A stretch of DNA of 64,000 bases. It comes from Eledone cirrhosa (Eukaryota). The stretch is from contig OZ024752.1 in the NCBI GenBank assembly GCA_964016885.1, positions 2,294,001 to 2,358,000 on the forward strand, in the 5' to 3' direction. Below are positions 15,141-28,859 of the stretch, in pieces. The position numbers and the translations under genes were made by a program. The notes beneath the pieces are model-generated. The model was not told where the DNA came from and did not search any database. It saw nothing but the letters and a program-made list of their open reading frames with translations. Numbering within the stretch: the stretch's first letter is position 1; each line of letters starts with the position of its first letter.

Positions 15141-15513
15141 AATTCTAGAAGAAGGAAAACTCTGATATAACACCTACAACCCTGATGGTATCCAATGATG
15201 TTGACTTGTTCTTCTTTTTGGTAAATATCATCTTGGTTAAGAGAGTGGGACTGGCTTTGTGCAGTGCCTTTGCTCACTATAAAAGCTTCACGGCACAGGC
15301 ATTGCTTTATATCTGGAGATCTCTCTGCATTTGTCGTCACATGGTACCATGGGCCCAGCACTGTGTCAATAATTGTCACAGGTGCAGTGTTTGTGCCAGA
15401 GTGTTCAAGTCGTTGGCTGGACTAAGAAGTCGCACTCGTTCGGCGCATCGGTAGGTGTTCTCCTACATGGATATAAAGTAGTGGCCGTACTCGAAAACGA
15501 GTTGGCAGCCACC
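15141..15513 (+). mobile_element. RTE-derived retroposon, 5'-truncated
   Basis: Homologous to 16561-16935; encodes [23 protein letters not shown]. Confidence 0.75.
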
Positions 15514-15542
15514 ATATATGTAGGTATGTATATATATATATG

Positions 15543-15582
<40 letters not shown>

Positions 15583-15638
15583 TGTATGTATATATATATA
15601 TATATGTATGTATATATATATATATATGTATGTATATC

Positions 15639-15686
<48 letters not shown>

Positions 15687-15690
<4 letters not shown>

Positions 15691-16080
15691 CGAAACATAA
15701 GTCAATTGTATGAACTCATAATCCTTTATTTACCGGTATATAGATTTTGATGATAGCCATCGGTCAGTTAGTAAGTTTTTAGATATATCACCTCTGAATT
15801 TTAGATCCTTGGGACATATGTTCCAAGGCTCTAAAACCATCAACACCAAAAACCCAGAGCTGGCATATATCAGAAATTACTAACTGCCTGATGATGTCAT
15901 AGCCATACAATGGCTATCATGGAAATATATATAGCGGTTAATAAAGGATTGTGAGTTCATACAATTGGCTTATGTTCAGTCACTATTATAACTCCGGAAT
16001 CTATATCTTCGTCGACTGCTCCCTATCCGCATAGTGAAGTATTGAACTTTACCAACACTTTTTTGCTTACTTGCGTGTCC
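15687..16080 (+). mobile_element. Fold-back Penelope-like module with central hairpin and tail
   Basis: 15687-~15790 is inverted relative to ~15866-15983. Central palindrome TTTTAGATCCTTGGGACATATGTTCCAAGGCTCTAAAA; tail 15984-16080. Confidence 0.75.
15882..15939 (+). ncRNA. Type I hammerhead ribozyme
   Basis: AACTGC-CTGATGA-TGTCATAGCCA TACAA TGGCTATCATG-GAAA-TATATA-TA-GCGGTT. Confidence 0.82.
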
Positions 16081-16179
16081 ATATATATGTGTATATATAT
16101 ATGTGTATACATATATATGGATATAAATATATATATATATATATGTATATTTATATACATATATATATATATTTATATA

Positions 16180-16212
<33 letters not shown>

Positions 16213-16328
16213 ATGTGTATATATATGTATATATATATGTATATGTGTGTATATATGTATGTGTATATATATATATATATGTATATATATATGTATATGT
16301 GTGTGTATATATATGTGTATATATATAT

Positions 16329-16935
16329 GGTCAGGTCACCAGTTGGTGCTACTGGTAACATGTATCCCAGTATGACCTGTCTCATGTCGGGTCGTTGGCG
16401 ACTAAACTGGCAACCCCACCAATGTTTCTTGGTGAGGAGGGTGACTTTGTACATCCTGCAGGAGTAAAAACAAAACCTATCAAAGGGTATAGGAGCTCTT
16501 AAGAGTCAATGGCCATCCAAAATCACCGGGAGAGATGACCCCTTAGCTTTGTCAAGGCAGAATTCTAGGAGAAGGAAAACTCTGATATCACACCTGCAAC
16601 CGTGATTGTATCCAATGATGTTGACTTGTTCTTCTTTTTGGTAAATATCATCATGGTTAAGAGAGTGGGACTGGCTTTGTGCAGTGCCTTTGCTCACTAT
16701 AAAAGCTTCACCTGACAGGCATTGGTTTATAACTGGAGATCTCTCTGCACTTGTCCTCACATGGTACCATGGGTCCAGCACTATCTGTCAGTTATTGTCA
16801 CAAGTGTAGTGTTTGTACCAGAATTTTCACGTCGCTGGCTGGAGTAAAAAGTCGCCATCGTTCAGCGCATTGGTAGGGGTTCTACTACATGGATATAAAG
16901 TAGTGGCCGTACTCGAAAACGTGTTGGCAGCCACC
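16329..16935 (+). mobile_element. ~600-bp RTE-derived retroposon, apparently full length
   Basis: Reverse complement of 7078-7683 with the same termini. Confidence 0.75.
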
Positions 16936-16972
16936 ATATATATATATATATGTGTGTAAATGTGTGTATATA

Positions 16973-17043
<71 letters not shown>

Positions 17044-18148
17044 TTACACATACATATATATATATACATATATATATCTATACATATATACACACATACA
17101 TATATATATATATACATATATATATATACACATATAAATATACACATATGCATATATATATATACATATATATACATATATATACATATATATACACACA
17201 CATACATAAATATATTTATATATATACATATATATGCATACACACATGCATGTATATATATATATATACATATGTATGCACACACACACGTGTGTATATA
17301 TATATATATATATAAATATATATATATATATGTGTGTGTATGTACATGTGTATGTGTACATAATATATATATATATATATGTGTGTATATATGTGTGTAT
17401 TTGTATGTATATGCGTATGTGTACACTGCTGCTTTATTTTATCGACCTCTAAGGACAATTTTTTATGCCTTCATTACGTTACGTTTATTGATTGGTTATG
17501 CGCGTATCGCTATTGATCAGCTGTATTATGTTCCTCCTTCTATCATTGAAAATTCAGCAGATCGATTCCTTGGTTTTCTGTTAACCAGTATTTGTTATTA
17601 TTAACATTATCTTTATATATAGATATAAATCAAGAGGGATTCAGTTAGAATCTGTCTAGACCATTAATCACAAGATAATTCCACACTTGGGCTAGTAGAG
17701 TATGGTTATATGGATGATTCAGGACCCGGGCGGCTGAGGTGTTGCCGTTTTAACAGCCAATTCCACCGTCTAGAACTATGTATTTAGACGGTAAAAACTT
17801 GATTCATTCAGATATATAGCGTACAGACAGATAGATAAGTGAATTGATATTTCTTTTAAAATTTAACTTCAGACATAATGGGGCTTTGTCTGCTTCAGTA
17901 TCTTCGTATTAGAATGTTCTGTTCAATTTGGAATTGTCGCAATGTTATCATCTCATATTCGAATTCATCTTAATTTGTGAAGACTGAAACTCGTCAACCT
18001 CATTGTAAATTCCAATGTCGTTTATGTAACAAATTAAATTTTTCTAGAAATGCATTATAACTCACGTGATAGTAATGTTGTAATTTTGTCCACCCTCACA
18101 CCCGCAAACACACGCATACAATATACAAACCTACATATATTTATATAT

Positions 18149-18356
18149 GGTGGCTGCCAACTCGTTTTCGAGTACGGCCACTACTTTATATCCATATAGG
18201 AGAACCCCTACCGATACGCTGAACGAGTGTGACTGTTTAGTCCAGCCAGCGACTTGAAAACTATGGTACAAACACTACACTTGTGATAATTATTGACACA
18301 TAGTGCTGGGCCCATGTTACCATGTGATGACAAGTGCAGAGTATCTCCAGATATAA
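18149..18356 (-). mobile_element. RTE-derived retroposon, 3' fragment
   Basis: Homologous to 7078-7285; encodes [23 protein letters not shown]. Confidence 0.75.
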
Positions 18357-18440
<84 letters not shown>

Positions 18441-18458
18441 CTCTCTCTCCCTTTCTCA

Positions 18459-18504
<46 letters not shown>

Positions 18505-18506
18505 GT

Positions 18507-20690
18507 TAGTCTTAAGTTCTTCCGCGCTGTTCGGCTCATCGAGCAGGAAGTACTCACCAGCGGCCATAATCAACGCTATTTCGCGTCCGTGCCAAGTGAT
18601 GTTGGCTGCCATTAGACCTTTTCAGAATGTTCGTTGTCAGGTGATGCTGGGGCAACTCCACCTCCATTTCCCGCCAGCTGGAGTCGAGTTCATTGCTATT
18701 TTCGAATGTCGTTAGTCGGGTAGGGGCAGAATATGGCCAGTCAGGAGACACCGGTGCTCCCCAACCATCCTCTGTAGCGTCCAACACTCGGCTCTCCGCA
18801 GTATTTCTTAGTTTCGCACTCGGTCCCACCAGGACACACGAAGGATCATTCGCAGACACCGATGGTTGAAAGCGTTCAGCCGTCTTTCTAGCTTTGCCGT
18901 GTTCTTCCAGGTTTCGCTCGCGTAAGGCACTATCGGCAGCACGATGCTCTTGTACAGGCGCAGCTTTGTCCTTGTGCTGATTCATGAAGATGACCAGACT
19001 GGATGCAACTACTAGAAAACCTCGGCTCCTTTGCCGATCGGACATTTAATGTCGAGCTCTGTCTCACCATTGCTTGCCAGGATGCTGCCCACATAGGTCA
19101 AGTGGTCGGTCTTGTTGGCTGTTCTCATCACCTTGGTCTTTTTGGTGTTGATTCTCGGGCCGATCATTTCCGGACTCTTTTGCAGGGGTGATGTTAGGGA
19201 TTGCAGATCTGCACTGTCTTCAGCGATCAAAGCAATGTTGTCCGTAAATGCTAGATTACTCAGCTTCGACTGGCCTCTCCACAGGATTCCGCGAACGGCT
19301 GCTTCCTCTATTCGCCTTAGCACAAAATCGGTTGCCAACAGGAACAGTAGCGTAGAGAGAATGCAACCCTGCCTGACTCTGAGGACAATGTCAACGAACT
19401 CTGACCTGAAAATCGTGATGAATCTTGCAGGAATGCCGTATGAGTGCATGGTATTCCACAGCAATTTCCGATGCAGACTGTCGAATGATATCTTCAAATC
19501 AATGAAGTTGACCACCCACAAAAGGGTGGTGGAGCTCAATGTATTGTTCGGAGATGTCGTGTAGTGTGAAAATTGGTTCGGTACAAGATCGATTATTTCG
19601 GAAGCCGGCTTGTTCTTCCCGTAGCACAGAGTCAACAGCCTGCCTGAATCGATGCAGCAGCACAGTGCAAAACAATTTTCCTGTCACTGACAGCAAAGTA
19701 ATACCCCGCCAGTTGTTGCAATCGGCAAGTTTTCCCTTCTTCGGCAGTTTGACGATGAAACCACGTTGCCATTCAAGAGGAACCCGACCAGCCTTCCAGC
19801 AGTGGTTCATCAAGTTTGTCAACCCTGTTATCATGCTATCCTCACCGAACTAGAGCAACTCTTTAGAGATCTCATCCAGCCCGCCTCTTTTGCCGTTCCT
19901 CAAGTCGTTGATCGCATCTCTCGCCTCCTGCTTGGTGATTTGTCCGTCGCAGACCTTGAGTGCCCCAACGGTTGCTGGATTCTCTGCAGTCATGTCTAGC
20001 AGGTCGAGTGAAAGTGCTCCATCCATCTCTGTTCCTGTTCTGCTCTAGTGGTCAATGTCTTGCTATTTTTGTCCTTCACTGGCATATTGGCTCCGCTGGA
20101 CACTCCCGTCAACTCCCTCACAATCTGAAACATTCTTTTCGTGTCGTTGGGACCAGCAGCTTCCTCTGCCTCAGCATCTTTTTTCTCCAGCAAGTCGCGT
20201 TTGTCTCGCCGGCACCTTCGGCTTACTAGTCGGTCAATTTTGTGGTATATGGCATCTCTTTTCCTTTGGTCTTCCTCTGGTAGAATCTTGTTCAACATTC
20301 ACCTTCTTTCGTTCATCACGTTGGTTCCTGGATCCATTGTTCTCTCCTCGTTCCTCGTTTTCGGCCAACAGTTTTTTTTTACTGCTTCAGTCATTGCTGT
20401 CGCAAACATCGCCCACTGACCCTCTATATCTGCAGCCTCGCTCAGCTACTGGAATCGATTGTGCAGCGGCATTTCGTGAAGTCAAACTTCTCCAGGATCC
20501 TTCAGCTTCTCCACTATAAACGGCTTCGGTGTGTTCTGTCGTGACCGTTTCTATGGCGCAGCTGAAGTTCGGTACTCAGTAGGTGGTGGTCTGAGCCCAT
20601 GTCTACACCTCGGTACACTCTGACGTCGCCCATCGAGGACCGCCAGCGCTAGATGATGCAGGCATAGTAGATCTCGTTGTGCAATTCTGG
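18507..20690 (-). mobile_element. Decayed RTE-clade LINE (APE C-terminus plus reverse transcriptase)
   Basis: Motifs DVRVYRGVDMGSDHH, KLPKKGKLADCNNWRGITLLS, EEQAGFR, FIDLKISFDS, VRQGCILS and LAFTDNIAL, interrupted by frameshifts. Confidence 0.9.
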
Positions 20691-21930
20691 CACGTATATA
20701 ATTTTATACATATGTATTTATATATATGTATGTATACATGAATGGAAATAGAGAGAAAATGAGGGAGAAATATTGGTGTGGTTTGAGGATATGAATGTGT
20801 ATGCATTTGGGGTTTTAATATATAAAAACGACCCTATCATACATTTATTCCAATGCGAGCCATAATCTCTCAATCTCTGTGACCCTCGAGACAACGAAAA
20901 CAGCAAAGGTAGCCCCAAATATGTATTCCTCGAAATATATCTCATTGAAGAGAACCTTAAAACAGCAGTTTAAGACATACACGCACTTACACACGCAAGC
21001 ACACACTCTACTAAACACACACACACACACACATACACACACACACGTACATACATCCATATATCGGTATGATCACGTATGTGTGTGCGTGTGTCAGATT
21101 GCTTCTGAATGTATTGGTGAAACCTTCTGTAGGAGGTGATTGTATGCGTATATAAATTACTATGTGTGCAGCTATGTATGTTTATGTAGATTTATGAAGT
21201 TTGCGATGTATACAAATATATATATATATTTAGAAAACAGTAAAGTCTATTAAAAGCAAACAAATAATATGATCATATTGATGGAAAGAAACCATGACAA
21301 ATTCGAAATAACAGACTGATATATTAGAAAACAGTAAGAATAAAACACAGATACAGAAATGATTAAATTTAACAAAGAAATAGAAGAATGAAAGTAGGTG
21401 TGAGTGCTGAATGTTGTCTAAAGGGGGTTAAAATTCCTTACATGTTTTAGTTTATAATGCTAAAAAAAATGATATAAAATATGTTTTAAGGAAAACATGA
21501 AAACAAAGTGCTGTGAAATTGCTTTAAGTAGAATATCCACAATATCAAAGATGGCACAGATGTTGTTCAATGAATAATTAATATCAGTAGAAGAAATGAA
21601 AATATCTGCAGACGGGTATCTCTGTGTAACTGTTTATATATATTGACCACATGTGTGTACATATAACTGCACTACAATGCGTGAGTGCACGCGCAGACAT
21701 TTATATATATGTATATATATGTATATATATATAATGTGTGAGTGTGTAGATGTGTAAATGTGCATGTATGTCTGTCTATATGTATGCAACTTTTTCTTTG
21801 ATGTTTTGCCTATATATATATGCAGGTCTATATGTTATGCCCTATTCCAATGATGCGTGAATGCGTTTTTCTCTCTGTATTTCCCACACTAGCTCTCTTT
21901 CACACACTCACTGAATTCTTCTGCTCTGTA

Positions 21931-21961
<31 letters not shown>

Positions 21962-21985
21962 GCATGTGTGTGTGTAAGCGTGCGC

Positions 21986-22055
<70 letters not shown>

Positions 22056-22379
22056 TTATGTGTGTAAACGTATGTATCTGTGTATGTGTACATCTCGGAT
22101 ACACTTTTTCAAAGTCTCAATCTGCAGAGACGCGCGTTTCTATAAGGGAATTCGTAATTCTTTTTTGAAATTCATGATGCCTTATGGATATAAATGATGA
22201 AAAGTACATGCAACTGCCATGAAAATTGCAAGTGCACATGCGTATGTTTACATTAGATATATTTAGTGTTCTTTTGTTGTTATTTAAAAATAACATGCCG
22301 ATGTTACGCGTGTATAAGTGCGAAAAATTGTTTATATATATATACAAAAATATACAAATACACACACACATATATATGC

Positions 22380-22466
<87 letters not shown>

Positions 22467-22485
22467 TATATATATATATATATAA

Positions 22486-22528
<43 letters not shown>

Positions 22529-22710
22529 TATGTGTGAGTTTTTATGTATGCCCGTATTTTTAGGTGTATGTGTATGTTTTTACTCTACTCTGATGAAACT
22601 GTGAGAAGCAGGTGATACTCCAGTGTAACAAGACATGCTATGCAGTCTGAATAAAATGAATATTTAAAATCTATTTCGGTATTGTGTTCTCTTCTTTTAT
22701 TGACTCTTTC

Positions 22711-22808
<98 letters not shown>

Positions 22809-22844
22809 TCTCTCGCTCTCTCTATATATATACATATATATATA

Positions 22845-24958
22845 GTGAAAACTGGAACAGGAACAAAAACAGAGCGGCAGTGCAAACAAAGGTTTATTAG
22901 TTTCACGCTCTTGAGAGTGGAGTGGGTGGGGAACGACGTTTCGGGCATAATCCCTTCTTCAGGAGAAAAGTGGGTGGGAAGAGAGTACCAATGATGTGTG
23001 AGGAGTGGTGGAGAGACATTTAGAAAAAGGGGGGGGGGGGGGGAGAAAAGGGAGGAAACACGGTGGAAAGGGTACAAATAAAAATAAAAATAAACAAAGA
23101 TAAACAAGTGGTGGAAGGGTATGGGGCGTGTAGGGGTGGTGGCGGGTGGAGTAAGGCGAGGGAGGCGGGGTTCCGAGCGGAGAGGGCTGAAGGTGGTGTT
23201 TGTGCATGTGTATGTGTGTTTGTGGGGGGGTATGTGAAAATGAGAGTTAGGGGAATAACGAGGTTCCATGTTCAGGAAAAGGTGTGTGGGGTGGCGTGTA
23301 GGTCGTTGTGTGCGTGCGTGTGGATGGGGAGGGGGTCAGAGTGGTGGAGGAGGGTTTTATTCCGGAGGCTGAGTGTGTATATGTGGGAGTACGCACGTGT
23401 GTGTTGGTGTTTATACGTGGTGTGGATGTAGGTGGCGTGGTTCGAAAAAAGATTGTGAGTGTATGTCCGTGAGTAAGGTCCTAAGGTAGTTCCGAGGAGT
23501 GTGCGATGAGGTGCCGGATATTTTTCATGTTATGGTGTGGATAGCTGGAATGATGAGCGGTGGTATGTAATCAGTTGGTTGTGGTGGTCGGATGTGGGGA
23601 GGTGTGGGGTGCGCGCGCAACAGGAAGTGGTCAGAGGGTCAAGGTAGGATGAAGGCATAGCAGTAGAGGAGAATGACAGGTGGAGAAAATCAGTGTGTGG
23701 TGAGGACTGTGTGTCTGTGTGGGCGGAGAATTGGTCAGAGGTTCAAGGGAGGATGAAGGCATAGCAGTTGTGGAGAAGGAGAGGTGGATAAATTCAGTGT
23801 GTGGTGAGGACTGTGTGTCTGTGTGTGCGGAGGTGCGGTGGACAAGGGATAATATGGGTAGGTGTGAAAGGTGGAAATGGTGTCTGTTCTGGTATATACA
23901 CATCCATGTTAGAGCAAGTAGTCAGCTCGTATCGAACTATGTATGTGCCGTTGTCCCGTTGAGAATTTGAGTCCCCGAGACTGTGCGTGAAGCACCCGCC
24001 ATGTAGTGCACGAAGGGGCTCCATGTAGAGTTGGGTATTTGAGTTAAGGTGTCAGTGTTTGAGTGGTGGAGGTGTGTTACCCAGCACAAACATAAAAATA
24101 AAATAAAATAAAATAAAATAAAATAACAAAATCCCGGGGATGCGTGTATGTGTCATGGGCCCATTGATGGCGTGTATGTAGTATTGTCCATTCAGCAACT
24201 GTGAGCACTCCATGGTTAGAGGATCACAGAACAGACCAAAAACCTAGTGTAGTATTCAATTGATAAGATCGTGACTAGTCATAACTGTGGGACCTCCGTG
24301 TCTAAAGAAACCGTGTACTGTGTGTAGAATTATGTATAAAGAGCGGAATCGGTCTTAACTGAGTGTGTAATTGTTCTAACTATTTACTAACTAGGTATTC
24401 TAAAGTAATGGTAAATGTGCACTCAGCTGTGCGAAACTCTGGGGAAACATACCGAGTACCGTGTGTAAGTGCGCAAACGATATTAGCTGTCTACTACATG
24501 AGTGTGTGATTGTCTATTGTTTGCTAATTGAGAGAAGTCTATGGCTAAGGTATAAAGGGTGGAGTTGGTGGTAGGTTACTTTCTAACAATCCCGAGGAAG
24601 GTTTTCGAGGTTCTATGCTGGTAGGTGCTGAAAAAGTCCACTCTCCTATTGATTAGTAGGGGGCCGCCTCTAATTATATTAATTACAAACGCCGTGCTGC
24701 CGTTATATGGCTGGGCTGAGCAAACTATGGACCAGGATGAGGAGTACTCTATATTCTATTGTTTAAGCTTCCAGACTAATTCAGAAAGCGCCGTGGTATT
24801 TTTTAAATCTAATCTATTAAACTTATGGCGGTGATTATACCATCTATCCTTAAATTCAGTGGCAGTTGCCCCAACATACCTGAATGTTCTATCTAAAGTG
24901 GAGACCTTACAGCCGTAGACTGTGTTTTTGGTGATGCATTTCCCAGCCAAGGGGCAAA
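22845..24958 (-). mobile_element. 5'-truncated Penelope-like element: GIY-YIG remnant, long C-rich 3' region, terminal HHR
   Basis: 24958-24600 encodes CPLAGKCITKNTVY..RYVGATATEFKDRWYNH..TALSELVWKLK. HHR at 22934-22962; TA repeats at both ends. That the span is one element is inferred. Confidence 0.65.
22934..22962 (-). ncRNA. Minimal type I hammerhead ribozyme
   Basis: CTGAAGA-AGGGATTATGCCC-GAAAC-GTC-G, the minimal PLE-type core. Stem I is weak. Confidence 0.75.
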
Positions 24959-25020
24959 TATATATATATTAAGTATTTCCGTATAAAAGGTAAACGAAAT
25001 TAATTATATATATATATATA

Positions 25021-25678
25021 TGATGACAAAAGGCATTCTCCATGTTGTTCCATTCGGAAACCATGTTTATTCCCTTTCAGAAACTAATTAGTTGGAGTTA
25101 AATTTTAGTAAGTAAGTTAATTTTTATAATTTTCTTATTTTACGTCTTTCATATAATTGTTCTGCATCCCCTTGCATTGAACCACACAGTTACTAAGACG
25201 AAACCTATATATTTGCTAGCATAGGTATGCATATGTATATATATGTTGGTAGATATACTAATTTTTTATAATTATCTCCAAATTATTTTGTTGTGCCAAA
25301 ATTTACCAAAACTGCTACTATAGTTCATAGTAATAGTTCGGCTACTGTCTTCTTAACACCCCACTCCTCACTGATTAACCTCGATGTCACGTGATTGATT
25401 CTTTTGAATTTGCAACCGACCAAGTAGGCAGTGATTTTTTTCAATGTCTTGGAATTTAGTCCTCGCTTGCTTTTTTCCATCCACTGAATTATTTTTGTAT
25501 AATTTCCCTGTTTCCACGCATCGCCTGGGAACTTAGCTGAGAATTGACTTCCAGATGACGAAAAACATTCTCCATGTTGTTCCATTCGGAAACCATGTTT
25601 ATTCCCTTTCAGAAACTCATTAGTTGGAGTGAAATTTTAGTAAGTAAGTTACTTTTTATAATTTTCTTAGTTTACGTC

Positions 25679-25685
<7 letters not shown>
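25021..25685 (+). mobile_element. Partial tandem module (532-bp period) with a degenerate HHR in each repeat
   Basis: 25021-25152 is repeated at 25553-25685. Motif (C)WGATGA-CRAA...TTCG-GAAA-CCATGT; (TA)n flanks. Confidence 0.55.
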
Positions 25686-25740
<55 letters not shown>

Positions 25741-25881
25741 ATTCAGGACCACGATGAAGAAATCATATGTTGAAACAGAACGTGTTATATTTGGGGATGG
25801 CCATGTTGCTAGTATTGTTAATAAACCACACGCACCATTTTACTCACTTTACCTTTATTGTTCCTTATTCATTATTTTTAC

Positions 25882-25993
25882 CAAATCCCGCTGAGGTTAA
25901 CTTTGCCTTTCATCCTTACGGGGTCGATAAAATAGAGTAGCAGTAATACCCTGGGATAATTGCTGGCCTTGTGCCAAAAGTAGAAACAATTGT
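25882..25993 (+). mobile_element. tRNA-SINE fragment
   Basis: CAAATCCCGCTGAGGTTAACTTTGCCTTTCATCCTTACGGGGTCGATAAAATA. Confidence 0.8.
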
Positions 25994-27769
25994 TTTTATC
26001 AAATACACGGGAGTTACTGTGATTTCTTCCATGACTAACTCGCCTTCTCTTCTTTCGGGTTTTATTGTTTGTGGTGTATTTCTCGTGAATCCTGTCTATA
26101 TTTCGCTGTTTGTGTCTTTTTTTCTCCTATCTGTATTTAGACTTTAAGGCGTGGGTTGTTAATATTCATTTCGTTTTTTTTTTTTTTCATGACAAATCTG
26201 TTTTCTATGAATCACCACCTAACTCTAGTTAGTATCTAAATATATAGTTTTTCAGGGTCTGGTTTTATTTAATATTATTTTCTTGGAGAATTCTGCATCT
26301 TAATATATCTTAAACTTCACTGTGTGATATTGTAATGGCATACTAGGTAACCACTATTTTCCTTTTTCCCGCTTCAGTCTATGAAGTTCTTAATCAGCCA
26401 TCACTAGAACACTGAACTTGCTATCCAAATTTTACTGAGCAACATTGTTTGAAACATATTCTGCATTCGTTATTCGTTTTTATTTATTTTTGTTCTTTTC
26501 CCTGCTACATTTTATCTGTATTCTTTCCATTATTATAAATTACCTAGGGCACCAAACCAAAGTAAGAACTAATACTTCGTCTTTTATATAATATTTAGAA
26601 TGGGTTTCAAAGTTTGTAACTATAAGTGAAAGAACGTTGGACGTTGCGAAGAATTTCAACATAAAAACCAATTGTTGTATATTCGTTTTCCATTGTTGTT
26701 CCCATACAGGCTTTGTATATTGTCAGTGGACTTCTTTGGGAAGGACAACAATGCATTCCGGGTGCTTTACACAGAACATAACAACAATTCCCTTTACTAA
26801 AATGAACTGTAATTCTCTCGATATTTGTAACTACATTGAAATGTTTTCGAAATGTTTGCCAATTATTGTTTGTTGTGTGGCAAAAAAATATAAGAAATCA
26901 TTCAATGCCGCGATTCAGTCCATATGTGAATTGGGACTACTTCAGCTGATCAAAAAACTTTTATGACAAAGCAAAAGTGATTGTAACAGTAGTGGTGGTG
27001 TTGGAGGTGGTAGTTGTAGTAGTAGAATTAGTACTTGCAGTAGTTGTGTAGTAATAATAATAGATATAATAATAATAATAACAATAATAATGATAACAGA
27101 TGATTTTTTTTCAACAAATGGCTGAAATAATGTCTAAATGGCTGAATAGAGGACAATGACAAATAAGTATTGAATAGTGTACATGATGGCATCGATACAA
27201 GCACCGGATTAGAAAGTAGACATTTATTGTGGTCCCAAAATGATTGCGTTAAATGGCAGATTTAATACCATTGTGAACGAAGGTGAAGCTAAAATAGACA
27301 GAGAGAAATACAAATCATTCGAACGACAGAGAAAGGGATTAAAAAAAAGAGATGTAAAGATGAAAATGTAAACAATGAACTCTACTAGGTTTAATGTTAT
27401 TCAGTTTAACACAAGTAGTTTGATTATTCAGAATCCATTTGTCTTTTATTTTCTACCTCATTTCTTATTTATTTCTTACCATTTACAAATAGTTTTGTCA
27501 TGCACAATCTATTCATTCTTCAAAATGTGTAATGAAAGTAAATATTGGTTGTTGTTTAACGACAATGTTTTCATTCTTTACCCTCTCTAATCAGCTATAT
27601 ACAATTTTCACTGAACTTTCTAATACATCGTTTATGATTTTCTCTTTATTTTATCAAACAACCCGCCAAGTATTAGACATTATTTAATGGACTACTCTTT
27701 CCCTCCTACGTTAGTGGACATGTGCTTATTCTAAACTATAAAGCATAATTATTTCTGCGTTTCAATCAT

Positions 27770-27864
27770 ATGGGGTCGATAAATCTAGTACCAATAACAC
27801 ACCGAGGTGCGTTTAATCGACTTTCCCCTCCCCTCAAATGTTGCCCCTGTGCCTAAGTTAGAAA

Positions 27865-27904
<40 letters not shown>

Positions 27905-28085
27905 CAGTATTCGTAGTATAGAGTTACGGCCATTTACGTTCTGAGTACAGATCCTGCCGAAGTTAGCTTTGTCTTTCAACCTTACGGGGTCGATAAAATA
28001 AAGCACCAGAAATGCTCTGGGTGGATTTAATCGACTTTCCCCTCCCATTCAAATTGCTGGCCTTGTGCCTATATAAGAAACCATT
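27770..28085 (+). mobile_element. Two adjacent tRNA-SINE copies separated by (ATT)n
   Basis: GGGGTCGATAAA...TTTAATCGACTTTCCCCTCCC occurs twice. Confidence 0.75.
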
Positions 28086-28603
28086 ATTATTAACTTGTAC
28101 ACACGTGTTGTTCTATGCTTCCATTACTTGGTAATGTTCTCATATTTAAATCGTTTGTTATATTTTTTTTGTTCCAAAGGTTAAATATTTCATCGGGCAT
28201 TTCCTTGAAGAAGGAAAATTCCTTATTTTGGCATGTTTGCCCATATATTCGAACTTTACAGTTATGATTTACTTCATCTATTGATGGTGGGGTGCGCTCA
28301 ACTGAGGGATTAGAGTAGAATCAATAACATTTAGTAAAGAAGAAGCGATAGAAAAACAATCTAGAATAGAGAGAGTTAGTAGTAAAATGAGAAGAGGTGA
28401 TTAGAAATGGCATTTTAACCGAGAATGGCACTATATTATTTGTTTCACTCTAAACGTTGCATTGTCAGAGATAGGGAGCATGATGTAAGAAACGAGGGAA
28501 CGAATGCTGATCAATGGTTCCGAGTAGCAGAGGCGCAATGTAGCAACAAATTCCCAACGGGCGCATGCTGATCAATCTGTGTGTGACTTTTCAGTATTAT
28601 TTA

Positions 28604-28808
28604 AGCTTTGCCTTTTATCCTTACGGGGTCGATAAAATGAAATACCAGTAATGCACTGGGATAATTGCAGCCCTTGTGTCAAACGTAGAAACAATTATTT
28701 AAACGACTGAATTCAAATCCCGCCGGGGTTAACTTTACCTTTCATCCTTACGGCTTCGATAAAATAAAGCACCAATAATTACTTGTGCTATAAGTAGAAA
28801 CAATTATT
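28604..28808 (+). mobile_element. Two tandem tRNA-SINE fragments
   Basis: Shared SINE core CTTT(G/A)CCTTT(T/C)ATCCTTACGG..TCGATAAAAT occurs twice. Confidence 0.75.
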
Positions 28809-28859
28809 TAAACGTCTGTTCGTGGTGGTGGAGATGGTATTTCTAATTCCAGTCAGAAT

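Noticed and set aside
22585-22690. CTGATGA-AACTG..CAGGT-GATA followed by AATAAA
   Set aside because: No GAAA, stem I or cleavage triplet; possibly a very decayed HHR but unsupported.
25738-25800. ATGAAGA-AATCATATGTT-GAAAC HHR-like string
   Set aside because: Core mismatch and no stem I.
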